Shown: positions 26,244-35,020 of the stretch, in pieces | Layout: every line of letters starts with the position of its first letter | How positions within the stretch are numbered: the stretch's first letter is position 1 | Source of the DNA: Candidatus Saccharibacteria bacterium UBA5152 | Lineage (GTDB): Bacteria; Patescibacteriota; Saccharimonadia; Saccharimonadales; UBA4665 | Reading direction: 5' to 3' | NCBI GenBank assembly: GCA_002413755.1 | Contig: DHXQ01000045.1 | Span: 1,814 to 44,438 of the forward strand | DNA length: 42,625 nt | Position numbers and translations under genes: made by a program | The notes under the pieces: generated by a model | Told to the model about the DNA's origin: nothing | Seen by the model: the letters and a program-made list of their open reading frames with translations, nothing else | Database searches by the model: none

Positions 26244-26609
26244 GTATCGTATGAGTGGTGCAAATCAAGGATCGAGCGCGCCATTCATTGGACTCGCGCA
26301 ACCACCGCAAGTCGGGCTGGGTAACCACCTTGCCGATGAGCTACATAGGCTGGAGGTTGAATCTTCCGAGGCTGTTACCAGGAGTGAGGCACTGGTTGTC
26401 ATGGCCACTGGGTTTTTGTTTGAGGTCGACCCTAATAACGAACTTTTCCGTAGGAATCGATAAATTACCTGGCTGGCATGTCCGGCTTACACTGTATCGC
26501 GCCATTTTTGGCTCCAGTTCTCACGCGCGGTAGCGCGGCTACCACTTGCTCCGAGCTTCGCAAAGAAATGCCACGCTCCAGTGGCCAGCCATACCAGACA
26601 TCAACTCAG

Positions 26610-26636
26610 CTGGCACTCTTGACTTGAGAGTGCCAA
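26610..26636. promoter_or_regulatory. CIRCE-like inverted repeat (candidate HrcA-type operator) upstream of clpC
   Basis: CTGGCACTC-N9-GAGTGCCAA compared with the CIRCE consensus TTAGCACTC-N9-GAGTGCTAA. The GCACTC/GAGTGC core and the 9-nt spacer match exactly. Confidence 0.5.
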
Positions 26637-26647
26637 TTTCATATTAT
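26619..26647 (+). promoter_or_regulatory. Putative sigma-70-type promoter of clpC, overlapping the CIRCE-like repeat
   Basis: TTGACT (26619-26624), a 17-nt spacer, then TATTAT (26642-26647). This leaves a leader of about 100 nt before the clpC ATG. Confidence 0.5.
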
Positions 26648-26747
26648 AGATATATAGCTCAATAGAATATTGCAAATGGTGGGATAACTCACAGCAATAT
26701 GCCAGCAGGAGCGATTAGAATATAGATATGAGAAAAGGCGGTAGAGT

Positions 26748-29234
26748 ATGATGCCCAACAGTCCAGATTTTAGAGAGTTCTTAAATCACCTCACCAACAA
26801 TGCGCTTAATTCACTGAAACATGCTGATGCCATTGCGCGTAGTTTCGGCAGCGCCTACATCGGTACCGAGCATCTCTTGCTCGGCGTATTGGCGCAAGAT
26901 GGCAGTATGGGCGCCAAAGTGCTGGAAGGTGCTGGCGTCACGCTCGACCGAGCCCGTTTAGCTTTGAACTTAACGCCAAAGACATTGGTTATAAATATGG
27001 GCGCTAAGGGTCTCAGCGAAACCGCCAAATTGACACTAAAGATGGCCTACGACGTAGCTCAGGATTACAATCAGGAATTCTGTGGTACCGAACACATCCT
27101 GTTCAGCATTATCAGCCAGAAGAATGCTCGGGCAACTATTCTGCTCCGAGATATGAATATCGACGTCGACGCCCTTATGAACGAACTCGAACAATTCCTG
27201 AATCGCCAGCAATATGAAGAGGCTGACGATGCCTCTGATACTCCAGGTGGCACGACTCGCACCAAAAAGGGCAAAAAGACGGCGCTTGATTTTTACGGGA
27301 CCGATATTACCGCTCAAGCCCGCGCCGGCAAGCTCGACCCGGTCGTTGGCCGCGATGCCCAGATTCGCCGCGTGATCACTATTCTGAACCGCCGTACCAA
27401 AAATAACCCCGTCTTGATCGGCGAGCCGGGTGTTGGTAAGACCGCCATCGTCGAGGGCTTAGCCCAGCGCATGGTTACTGAGGACGTTCCCGACACGCTG
27501 CTCGACAAGCGCATCGTGATGCTCGACCTGGCCGGCATGATTGCCGGTACCAAGTACCGCGGTGAGTTCGAAGAGCGCCTCAAGAAGGTGATGAGCGAGC
27601 TCGAAAAGGATAAGAAAACCATTGTATTTATTGATGAGTTACACCTGATCGTTGGTGCGGGCGCTGCCGAAGGCGCTATGGACGCTGGTAATATCCTCAA
27701 GCCCGCACTGGCCCGTGGCAAAATCCAAGTCATCGGTGCCACCACCACCGTTGAATACACCAAGCACATCGAGAAAGATGCTGCCCTAGAGCGCCGTTTC
27801 CAGCCAATCCAGGTCCCCGAGACAACCGTCCCAGAGACCCTGGCTATCCTGAAAGGCCTGCGCAAGCACTATGAAGCTTTTCACGGTGTGACTATTAGCG
27901 ACGAAGTCCTGGAAGACACCGTCAATCTGGCCAAGCGCTACATTAACGACCGCTTCATGCCGGACAAGGCTATTGACCTGCTCGACGAAGCCGCTGCTCA
28001 TTTGCGTGTTGATCGGGGCAAAACTTCACCGGAAGTCCGCAAGCTCCAAAAAGAGCTGAAACTGGTGAATACCCGCATCGAAGACGCTGTCGACAGCGAA
28101 GATTACGAAAAGGCGGCCCGCGAAAAGACCCGCGCTTCCCAGATCAACGACCAGCTCACCAAGCTGGCGGACAGTGCACCTGAGCCCAAGCGCCTCAAGC
28201 TAACCAGCGAAGACGTCGCCGAGGTTGTCTCTCGAATCACTGGCGTACCGACACGCAAGGTCATCCGCGCTGAGGCTAAATACCTGATTAACCTCGAAAA
28301 GACCCTCAGTAAATACGTCATCGGTCAGAGCGAAGCCGTCGAAGCCGTCGCCCGCTCAGTCCGCCGTAATCGCTCCGGTGTCGGTGCCACCAACCGGCCA
28401 ATCGGCTCGTTCATCTTTCTCGGCCCCACTGGCGTTGGTAAAACCGAGCTAGCCCGGGTATTGGCTCGCGAATTCTTTGGCTCCGAGAACTCACTGATCA
28501 AGATCGATATGTCCGAATTTGGCGAACACCACAACGTCTCGCGCCTGGTCGGTGCACCCGCCGGCTATGTCGGTTACGACGACGGTGGCCAATTGACCGA
28601 CAAAGTCCGCCGTCAGCCCTACAGTCTGGTGCTGTTCGATGAAATCGAAAAGGCCCACCCCGACGTCTTCAACATGATGCTCCAACTCCTGGAGGACGGC
28701 TACCTGACGGATGCCAAAGGCCGCCGCATCGACTTCACGAATACGATTGTCATCATGACCAGTAACATCGGTGCCGACAAACTGCAGAAGGAATCAAACT
28801 TCGGTTTCCAGGCGTCAGATAAGTCAGACCTCAAGAACCTTGACGAACTCCACACCCGCAACAAAGAGAAGGTCCTCGACGAGCTCAAGAAAATGATGCG
28901 CCCCGAACTACTGAACCGGATCGACAAGACTATCGTCTTCCGGGCTCTGACCAAGAAGGATATTCTGCGGATCATTGATCTGCAACTTGATGACCTGCGG
29001 ACTCGGTTGTCGAAGCAAGGGGTTGGCCTCGAGGTCAGTCCACCTGCCAAGCAGCATCTACTGGAGCAAGGCTACGATGCCAAGAATGGTGTGAGGCCGC
29101 TGCGACGACTGATTCAAGACACGATTGAAGACCATGTTGCCTTGGAACTACTCGGCGAAAAGCTGACCAAGGGTCATATTCTACAAGTCGCTGCCAAAAA
29201 GGGCGAATTGTCCTACGCCGCCGCCACAGAATAG
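26748..29234 (+). CDS. clpC: ATP-dependent Clp protease ATP-binding subunit ClpC-like (class I AAA+)
   Basis: 828 aa. It has two Clp_N repeats, Walker A motifs in both AAA modules ([16 protein letters not shown]), a UVR-like middle segment ([16 protein letters not shown]), and an FGF ClpP-docking tripeptide. Confidence 0.9.
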   Translation: MMPNSPDFREFLNHLTNNALNSLKHADAIARSFGSAYIGTEHLLLGVLAQDGSMGAKVLEGAGVTLDRARLALNLTPKTLVINMGAKGLSETAKLTLKMAYDVAQDYNQEFCGTEHILFSIISQKNARATILLRDMNIDVDALMNELEQFLNRQQYEEADDASDTPGGTTRTKKGKKTALDFYGTDITAQARAGKLDPVVGRDAQIRRVITILNRRTKNNPVLIGEPGVGKTAIVEGLAQRMVTEDVPDTLLDKRIVMLDLAGMIAGTKYRGEFEERLKKVMSELEKDKKTIVFIDELHLIVGAGAAEGAMDAGNILKPALARGKIQVIGATTTVEYTKHIEKDAALERRFQPIQVPETTVPETLAILKGLRKHYEAFHGVTISDEVLEDTVNLAKRYINDRFMPDKAIDLLDEAAAHLRVDRGKTSPEVRKLQKELKLVNTRIEDAVDSEDYEKAAREKTRASQINDQLTKLADSAPEPKRLKLTSEDVAEVVSRITGVPTRKVIRAEAKYLINLEKTLSKYVIGQSEAVEAVARSVRRNRSGVGATNRPIGSFIFLGPTGVGKTELARVLAREFFGSENSLIKIDMSEFGEHHNVSRLVGAPAGYVGYDDGGQLTDKVRRQPYSLVLFDEIEKAHPDVFNMMLQLLEDGYLTDAKGRRIDFTNTIVIMTSNIGADKLQKESNFGFQASDKSDLKNLDELHTRNKEKVLDELKKMMRPELLNRIDKTIVFRALTKKDILRIIDLQLDDLRTRLSKQGVGLEVSPPAKQHLLEQGYDAKNGVRPLRRLIQDTIEDHVALELLGEKLTKGHILQVAAKKGELSYAAATE

Positions 29235-29281
29235 TCGTAAAAGCGTCCCGATTGGCAAGTGATTGATATATAATTGAGCTT

Positions 29282-30259
29282 ATGTCATCCCGTGGCCGTC
29301 TGATACGGCTTATTCCCCTGGTAGCTCTGCTACTCGTAATTGCGGCTGCTTTTTGGCAGCAGCAAAATATCCGCGACTGGATTCAATTGTATGGTTATAA
29401 TGCGCCGACGCCGGTGGTACAGTTGGCTGATCAAATCCAATTGACGCCGCAGGCCCGGCGCATGTTCTACGTTAATCATCCGGCCTTGCAGGATCGCAGT
29501 GCCTTCAACGTCTCGTGTAGTAGTCACGGTGAGCAAACCATCGTACTTGGTTGCTACCACCCGGTCAACCGCGGGATATTCGTCTTCAGGGTCAGCGATG
29601 ATCGTTTGCAAGGAGTTGACCAGGTTACTGCTGCCCATGAAATGCTCCATGCTGCCTACGACCGGCTCAGCAGCCATGACCGAACACATGTCGATGCGTT
29701 ACTCCAGAACTTCTACGACACAAAGCTAACCGACCCGCGCATCAAATCAGTGATTGACTCCTACCGGCAAACCGAACCGAATGACGTCGTCAATGAGATG
29801 CACTCCGTCTTTGGGACAGAAGTCGGGACACTCACGCCGGAGCTGGAGACCTATTACCACCGCTACTTTATCGATCGGGCCAAGGTCGTACAATACGCCA
29901 GGGACTATCAGGCCGAATTCACTACCCGTCAAAACCAGGTCACAACGTATGATGATCAACTGGAGACTATGAAGAACCAGATCGACATGAATAATGCCCA
30001 ACTCAAGACACAAGAGAATCAGATCACGGCCTTCCGCAAGCAAATGGACGCCCAGCGGTCATCGGGTGACATTGATATCTACAACAAAAACGTTCCAATC
30101 TATAACCATCAGATTGATGCCTACAACGCCCTGATAACATCGACGCGCAACCTGATCAGCTCGTACAATCAGCTCGTCGTGACCCGCAACCAGCTGGCGC
30201 TGCAGGTCACCGACCTGGCACATTCCATCGATAGCAGTTACCAACCGATCAATCAATAA
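29282..30259 (+). CDS. Hypothetical membrane-anchored protein with HExxH motif and Q/N-rich coiled-coil tail
   Basis: 325 aa. It has an N-terminal TM helix (LIRLIPLVALLLVIAAAFW), AAHEMLHAAY (HExxH), and a heptad-like Q/N-rich C-terminal region of about 110 aa. TATAAT (29269-29274) lies 7 nt upstream of the ATG. Confidence 0.6.
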   Translation: MSSRGRLIRLIPLVALLLVIAAAFWQQQNIRDWIQLYGYNAPTPVVQLADQIQLTPQARRMFYVNHPALQDRSAFNVSCSSHGEQTIVLGCYHPVNRGIFVFRVSDDRLQGVDQVTAAHEMLHAAYDRLSSHDRTHVDALLQNFYDTKLTDPRIKSVIDSYRQTEPNDVVNEMHSVFGTEVGTLTPELETYYHRYFIDRAKVVQYARDYQAEFTTRQNQVTTYDDQLETMKNQIDMNNAQLKTQENQITAFRKQMDAQRSSGDIDIYNKNVPIYNHQIDAYNALITSTRNLISSYNQLVVTRNQLALQVTDLAHSIDSSYQPINQ

Positions 30260-30285
30260 CATATCAAATGTTATACTGGAGACCT

Positions 30286-31665
30286 ATGGTGAAGAAACCG
30301 GTGACTAAATATGTCTGTACGAACTGTGGGGCGATGACTGCCGCCTGGGCGGGGCGGTGCCCACAGTGCGGTGACTGGAATACGCTTGAGGAAGAAGTCC
30401 AGATCGTGGCTGGCGGCGGGGGTTCTACCCGAGGTGCGGGCACCGGCCGGGCACTCAAACCGCAGGCGGTCAGCGAGCTCGTAAAAGTTGATCAACCGCG
30501 TCTGAAGACCGGCATGCCGGATGTCGACACCATTCTTGGTGGCGGCATCGTGGCCGGCAGCGTCAATCTAATCGCTGGGCAGCCGGGAATCGGCAAGAGC
30601 ACATTATTATTACAGCTAGCCTACGCGGTGGCGGCACATGCCAGTGTGCTCTATGTCAGTGGCGAAGAGTCGGCGCACCAGATTGGTCTACGGGCCCAAC
30701 GACTCGGCGCCACCCGGGGTAACTTGCAGTTGGCTACGAGTACTTCAGCCGATGACATAGCGGCGACAATTATCAGCGGTACGTATCAGCTGGTTATCGT
30801 TGATTCGATTCAGACCATGGCTTGTGCCGATGTCAGCTCCAGCGCCGGCACGGTGTCGCAAATTACCAACAGTACCCACCTGATCATGACGGCTGCCAAG
30901 CAGGTTGATACCGCTGTCATCCTGGTCGGGCATGTCACCAAAGAGGGTGCCATTGCCGGGCCGAAGGTTTTGGAACACGTCGTCGACGTAGTATTGCAAT
31001 TGGAAGGTGACCGCTATGGCGGCTTCAAGATATTGCGGGCCGTCAAGAACCGGTTTGGGTCAACCAATGAAGCTGGCATTTTTGAAATGGTGGATGCCGG
31101 TCTGATGCCGGTCGACAATCCGTCGGCGGCGCTGCTTGAGGAGCGCCAAGTCAGCGACGGCTCGGTGGTGCTGGCCACCCTGGAGGGTACCCGGCCGCTG
31201 CTGGTTGAAGTCCAGGCTCTCGTCAATAAATCGAGTTATGGTTACCCCAAGCGGGCGGCCAGCGGCATCGATCTCAATCGTATTAATTTATTAGTTGCCA
31301 TGCTGGAGCGCCGTACCAAACTGAATCTTGCCGAAATGGATATATATATCAACATTGTCGGCGGCATGAAGATTAGCGAGCCAGCGGCCGACCTAGCCGT
31401 CTGTCTGGCGATTGGCTCAGCCGCCAAGGGCATGCAGCTCAAACAGAACGCTGTGGTGTTTGGCGAACTTGGTCTATCAGGTGAAGTCCGGCACGTACCA
31501 TTCGCCGAAAAGCGGATTGCTGAAGCCAAGAAGCTGGGGTTTGACGGCGCCATCGGCCCTAAGGTCATGTCGAGCGCCAAGTCGAAGTCCGGCAAAGCCG
31601 ACTCTTTCCTGACGCCAGTGGCTTCCGTCAGGGAAGCCCTCAACCAGTTCCTCGAGAAGGATTAG
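30286..31665 (+). CDS. radA: DNA repair protein RadA/Sms
   Basis: It has an N-terminal Zn-ribbon (CTNCG...CPQCG), Walker A GQPGIGKST, the KNRFG motif, and a Lon-like C-terminal domain. I prefer the start at ATG 30286 (TGtTATACT at 30269-30277) over the ORF-track start at 30268. Confidence 0.92.
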   Translation: MVKKPVTKYVCTNCGAMTAAWAGRCPQCGDWNTLEEEVQIVAGGGGSTRGAGTGRALKPQAVSELVKVDQPRLKTGMPDVDTILGGGIVAGSVNLIAGQPGIGKSTLLLQLAYAVAAHASVLYVSGEESAHQIGLRAQRLGATRGNLQLATSTSADDIAATIISGTYQLVIVDSIQTMACADVSSSAGTVSQITNSTHLIMTAAKQVDTAVILVGHVTKEGAIAGPKVLEHVVDVVLQLEGDRYGGFKILRAVKNRFGSTNEAGIFEMVDAGLMPVDNPSAALLEERQVSDGSVVLATLEGTRPLLVEVQALVNKSSYGYPKRAASGIDLNRINLLVAMLERRTKLNLAEMDIYINIVGGMKISEPAADLAVCLAIGSAAKGMQLKQNAVVFGELGLSGEVRHVPFAEKRIAEAKKLGFDGAIGPKVMSSAKSKSGKADSFLTPVASVREALNQFLEKD

Positions 31666-31692
31666 CGGGTTCCACGCAGGCCTAGGCCGCAG

Positions 31693-31716
31693 CCGTTGGC
31701 TGCTAGCTGCCAACGG
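31693..31716. terminator. Hairpin spanning the convergent radA / PBP gene ends
   Basis: CCGTTGGC-N8-GCCAACGG forms an 8-bp stem that overlaps the PBP stop codon. There is no clear U-tract, so function as a bidirectional terminator is uncertain. Confidence 0.3.
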
Positions 31717-34700
31717 TGACTGGGCTTGATTTGCCGCTAGCATCTCGGGCGTAGACTGAGGTGCCAGCCGGAGCTACGGCCGACGGACGGCTACAATTGT
31801 CGTTTGCGCCGCCGCTACAGAGCGGAATGTCGCCCACTGTTTTAAAGATGCTGACTGCGCCATTGCCATTCGACCATGAAAACTTGGTGTTAGCCCCATT
31901 AACTTTAGCACTATCAAAACTTAAAGTGGATCCGCTGTCGCTTTGACTGGTGAAATTTGCGCTATCCGTCGCCTGGTACAGGACGCTGTCTATTACCTGG
32001 GCGGTAACTGTTGTGTCGCCGCTGGACGTCGGCATATAGGTAAAGTGGACAGATGACGGCGAATCGCTGACTGTTTCGGTATGGACGATTTGGCCACCAA
32101 TCGTGAAGTTGACTGTGCCGGGGAACTGCGCGTACTGAGGGTCACTGAGGGGATGCGTACCGGCTGTGACGGTGGCGGTGATGGTACAGCCGCCATCGGA
32201 TGCACTACAGGTGGAGGGGGCAGTTACGGTAATGGACGGGGGCGAATCATTACAACTATGGACATCGTCGGTAGCCTTGCTAGTCGATGAGGCAGTATTA
32301 CTCGAGCTGGTCGTACCACCATTCCAGATGTCGACATTCCAGGTAGCAGCATTACTATTACTGAGGGTTTCCTTCGCCAGATCCGGCGTACAACTGGTGG
32401 CGATCTTATTTGAGACCTTATCCGTTGCTTGGGTTGTCGTGGCCGTAGATTTGGGGGCGTACCACGACGGGAACAGGTCGTTAGTTGGGCTAGGTTCAAC
32501 ATCACCGTAGTGAATGTGGTTGCGGACCACAAAGGCTGGGAGTGTCTTGACATCATTTGGTTTAGTCCAGGCGACCGGTTTCAGGTCAGCATGGGCGGCT
32601 ACCATCCAATCGCGGGTTAACGGGGCGGTCAGGTTCTCCATTGAGTTTGTCAGGGTAACATGGCGAGTGTGATTACCGACCCACGAAATGACAGCGTATT
32701 TGGTTGACCAGCTGGCCATCAGACCGTCGTAGCCATCATTAGTCGTACCAGTCTTGACGGAGAACTTCCAGCCATTCTTTTGAGCTTGGAACTTTTGGGC
32801 GCCTTGCAGGTAGCTGGCATTAGGATCGCTCGTCATATCGTCAACAATGTAAGCACTGTCCGGCTTGAGAACCTGCTTGCCAGTAGGCTGCTTGAATTGG
32901 TCGACGGTTTTACCGCCAGCATCAGTAATCTTCAAAATGTAGGTTCGTGGAATAGCGCTACCGAGGCGGGCGAGGGTCGACAGGCCGTTGACATGGTCAT
33001 CGAGGTGCAGGAAGGCGCCGTCGCCGATAGCAGAGGAGCCAAAGCACTGCGTCTTGATAGTCAAGGCTTCGTCGTCATAGCAGTTGTAGGTGCTGCCTTT
33101 GACATACGGGTTGGACATCATGGCAGTGGCCGTCGATATAACCTTGTTAACAGAGTTGACACGGCCATTGCTGGTGTCATTCGGTACAGCCGAGAGCATA
33201 GCTTTGACAGCCGGAACGTTGCGGGAGCCGCCGATGGCATAGCGTAGTGTCAGCGGACCAGGGTATATAAAGTCGTAGTCCCACAGACAGTTCGGAGGAT
33301 TAGAGGTATTTTTATCAGATTTGGGAGAGTTCTTGTTGGTACAGTTATAACCAGGTAATGCGCCCTGGGTATCGTAGAGTACCGAGCCGGCACCGACGTT
33401 GGTGTTGTTGTCGATGAAGGTAGCGTAGTCATAGGGCTTGAAGCTCGATCCGGGTGGGAGCAGGATGCCAGAGGCAAAGTTGTTTTGGCCATACACTGGA
33501 TTGGTAAAGTCGACCCCGCCGACCAGTGACACGATCTGTCCGGTTTGGACATCTTCGGCGACAATCGCTTCGTTGTCAGCACCGGCTCGTTTGATGTTCG
33601 GGATGTTCTTTTGGACCAAATCTTCGGCAGTCTGTTGGAGCTTGAGGTCCATGGTCGTGATGACTTTCCAGCCACCGCGGTCAACAGTGGCGGCGCCGTA
33701 TTTTTGCTCGAGTTGTTTCTTAGCTGACAAGACAAAGTACGGTGACCGAATACCGGAGTACTTCGGCGACAGCGGGTGCACCTGTGCTAGCACATCAACC
33801 TTCTTGGCAGCCTCGGCCTGGTCCTTAGTAATCATGTGTTGGTTGGCCATTTGGTCCAGGATGTACTGTTGACGGCCGAGCAGGGCGCCGCGGTCGAATA
33901 GGCTGTCGGTGGCAGAGGTATTCCATTGCGGATCAGAGTACGGCGAATAAGCGGTCGGGGCCTTAGGAATCGCGGCTAGCATGGCCGATTGGGCCAGTGT
34001 CAGATCTTTGGCACTGGTACCGAAGTAATCCCGGGCAGCACTTTCAACACCATATTCAACACCGCCATATGGTGCGATGTTGAGATAACCATTCAGAATA
34101 TCGGCTTTGCTGTACTCGCGCTCCAGTTCGACGGCCAGGATAAGTTCCTTGACCTTACGCGTAATACTGCGGTCGGCGGTCCATTGCTGGTTGATCTTCA
34201 CCAGCTGCTGGGTGATAGTTGAACCACCCTGGCGGCTGCTACCGGTGGCGTCCTTGAAGCCGGCGCGGGCGATACCTTGGACATCAAAAGCGCCGTGTTT
34301 ATAAAAGTTCTTGTCTTCGATGGCGACGGTTGCTTGGCGCATGTAGTCGGTGATTTGGTCACCGGCAACGGGCACGCGCTTGACGGCACCGTAATCCTGC
34401 CACAGCACGGTGCTGCCGGTACGGTCATAGTAGGTAATGCTGCCGCCAATTTTGTCACCGGACAGGTCTTTGATCTTCGGTAAGTCCTTGCGGAAATAGG
34501 CGAACACACCAACAGCCACGAAGAAACAGACGATAATACCAATACCGGCAATCTTGAGACCCATGATGGCGCCTTCGCGGCTGAACCAATACTTAAAAAA
34601 GCGCTTCGGGTGAAGACGCGCCAGGATACGCTTAACAGGGTTTTTGGGTAGGGTGCTGAGGTAGGTCGCCTTGGCGGCGGCCTTGGAGCTCTTGCGGGCT

Positions 34701-34828
34701 TTGATGCGCTCGCCAAGACTTTGGTTCAACTTAATCGACTTCCCACTCTTTGTCGTGTATACATTCTTGGGCCGGCGACGCCCTTGTCCAGCATTGCCGG
34801 GCTGCCCACCTTTGCTAGCGTCATTCAT
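31703..34828 (-). CDS. Class A penicillin-binding protein (glycosyltransferase 51 + transpeptidase) with a long C-terminal extension
   Basis: 1041 aa. It has a basic cytoplasmic tail and a TM helix, GT51 motifs (AIEDKNFYKHGAFD, RQGGSTITQQLVK), and transpeptidase motifs SSFKP and KTGTTN. An extra Ser/Thr/Cys-containing tail of about 248 aa follows. Confidence 0.9.
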   Translation of the reverse strand: MNDASKGGQPGNAGQGRRRPKNVYTTKSGKSIKLNQSLGERIKARKSSKAAAKATYLSTLPKNPVKRILARLHPKRFFKYWFSREGAIMGLKIAGIGIIVCFFVAVGVFAYFRKDLPKIKDLSGDKIGGSITYYDRTGSTVLWQDYGAVKRVPVAGDQITDYMRQATVAIEDKNFYKHGAFDVQGIARAGFKDATGSSRQGGSTITQQLVKINQQWTADRSITRKVKELILAVELEREYSKADILNGYLNIAPYGGVEYGVESAARDYFGTSAKDLTLAQSAMLAAIPKAPTAYSPYSDPQWNTSATDSLFDRGALLGRQQYILDQMANQHMITKDQAEAAKKVDVLAQVHPLSPKYSGIRSPYFVLSAKKQLEQKYGAATVDRGGWKVITTMDLKLQQTAEDLVQKNIPNIKRAGADNEAIVAEDVQTGQIVSLVGGVDFTNPVYGQNNFASGILLPPGSSFKPYDYATFIDNNTNVGAGSVLYDTQGALPGYNCTNKNSPKSDKNTSNPPNCLWDYDFIYPGPLTLRYAIGGSRNVPAVKAMLSAVPNDTSNGRVNSVNKVISTATAMMSNPYVKGSTYNCYDDEALTIKTQCFGSSAIGDGAFLHLDDHVNGLSTLARLGSAIPRTYILKITDAGGKTVDQFKQPTGKQVLKPDSAYIVDDMTSDPNASYLQGAQKFQAQKNGWKFSVKTGTTNDGYDGLMASWSTKYAVISWVGNHTRHVTLTNSMENLTAPLTRDWMVAAHADLKPVAWTKPNDVKTLPAFVVRNHIHYGDVEPSPTNDLFPSWYAPKSTATTTQATDKVSNKIATSCTPDLAKETLSNSNAATWNVDIWNGGTTSSSNTASSTSKATDDVHSCNDSPPSITVTAPSTCSASDGGCTITATVTAGTHPLSDPQYAQFPGTVNFTIGGQIVHTETVSDSPSSVHFTYMPTSSGDTTVTAQVIDSVLYQATDSANFTSQSDSGSTLSFDSAKVNGANTKFSWSNGNGAVSIFKTVGDIPLCSGGANDNCSRPSAVAPAGTSVYARDASGKSSPVTVGS

Positions 34829-35020
34829 AGGTCTTGTTTTAACTCCATTGTTTCAACAATTATTCCTCCTCAGTATAGCAAATCCTACCTTAAAGTAAGC
34901 TATAGTTTTTCCGATAGCGTCGATCACTTACCTCTGTTATCATCCTGTCCGCCAGATGCCAAATCCAGCCACTACTGCTATACTAATAGGTAAATTATCA
35001 TAAAAAGGTACATATAGATT

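Noticed and set aside
26251-26533. Two overlapping ORFs (70 and 92 aa) after nusA
   Set aside because: They have no Shine-Dalgarno or leaderless-type promoter and no recognisable motif (not YlxR-like or IF-2-like). They overlap each other in different frames. I treat the region as non-coding.
26244-26609. Possibility that the nusA-clpC spacer encodes RNase P RNA, tmRNA, SRP RNA or 6S RNA
   Set aside because: AAGUCGGGC and GUCCGGCUU loosely recall the RNase P P4 strands. However, the GGAAAGUCCGG and ACAGAA-type conserved blocks and the specificity-domain motifs are absent, and the spacing is far too short. There is no tRNA-like 3-prime end (GGUUCGA..UCC..CCA) for tmRNA and no GGAAGCAGCC-type SRP domain IV. 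The region is kept only as an unexplained-region finding.
26611-26627. TGGCAC read as a sigma-54 -24 element
   Set aside because: The required GC (TTGC) at the -12 position, ten nt after the GG, is missing. The sequence is better explained as the left arm of the CIRCE-like inverted repeat.
30268-30285. Upstream ATG at 30268 as the radA start
   Set aside because: The ATG at 30268 is itself part of the TGtTATACT extended -10 box. RadA homology (Zn-ribbon) begins right after the ATG at 30286.
34829-35020. T-box riboswitch leader upstream of tyrS
   Set aside because: The spacer is only about 190 nt and is shared with the divergent PBP gene. The likely promoter (TGcTATACT at 34976-34984) leaves a roughly 30-nt leader. 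No T-box or specifier-loop sequences are visible.
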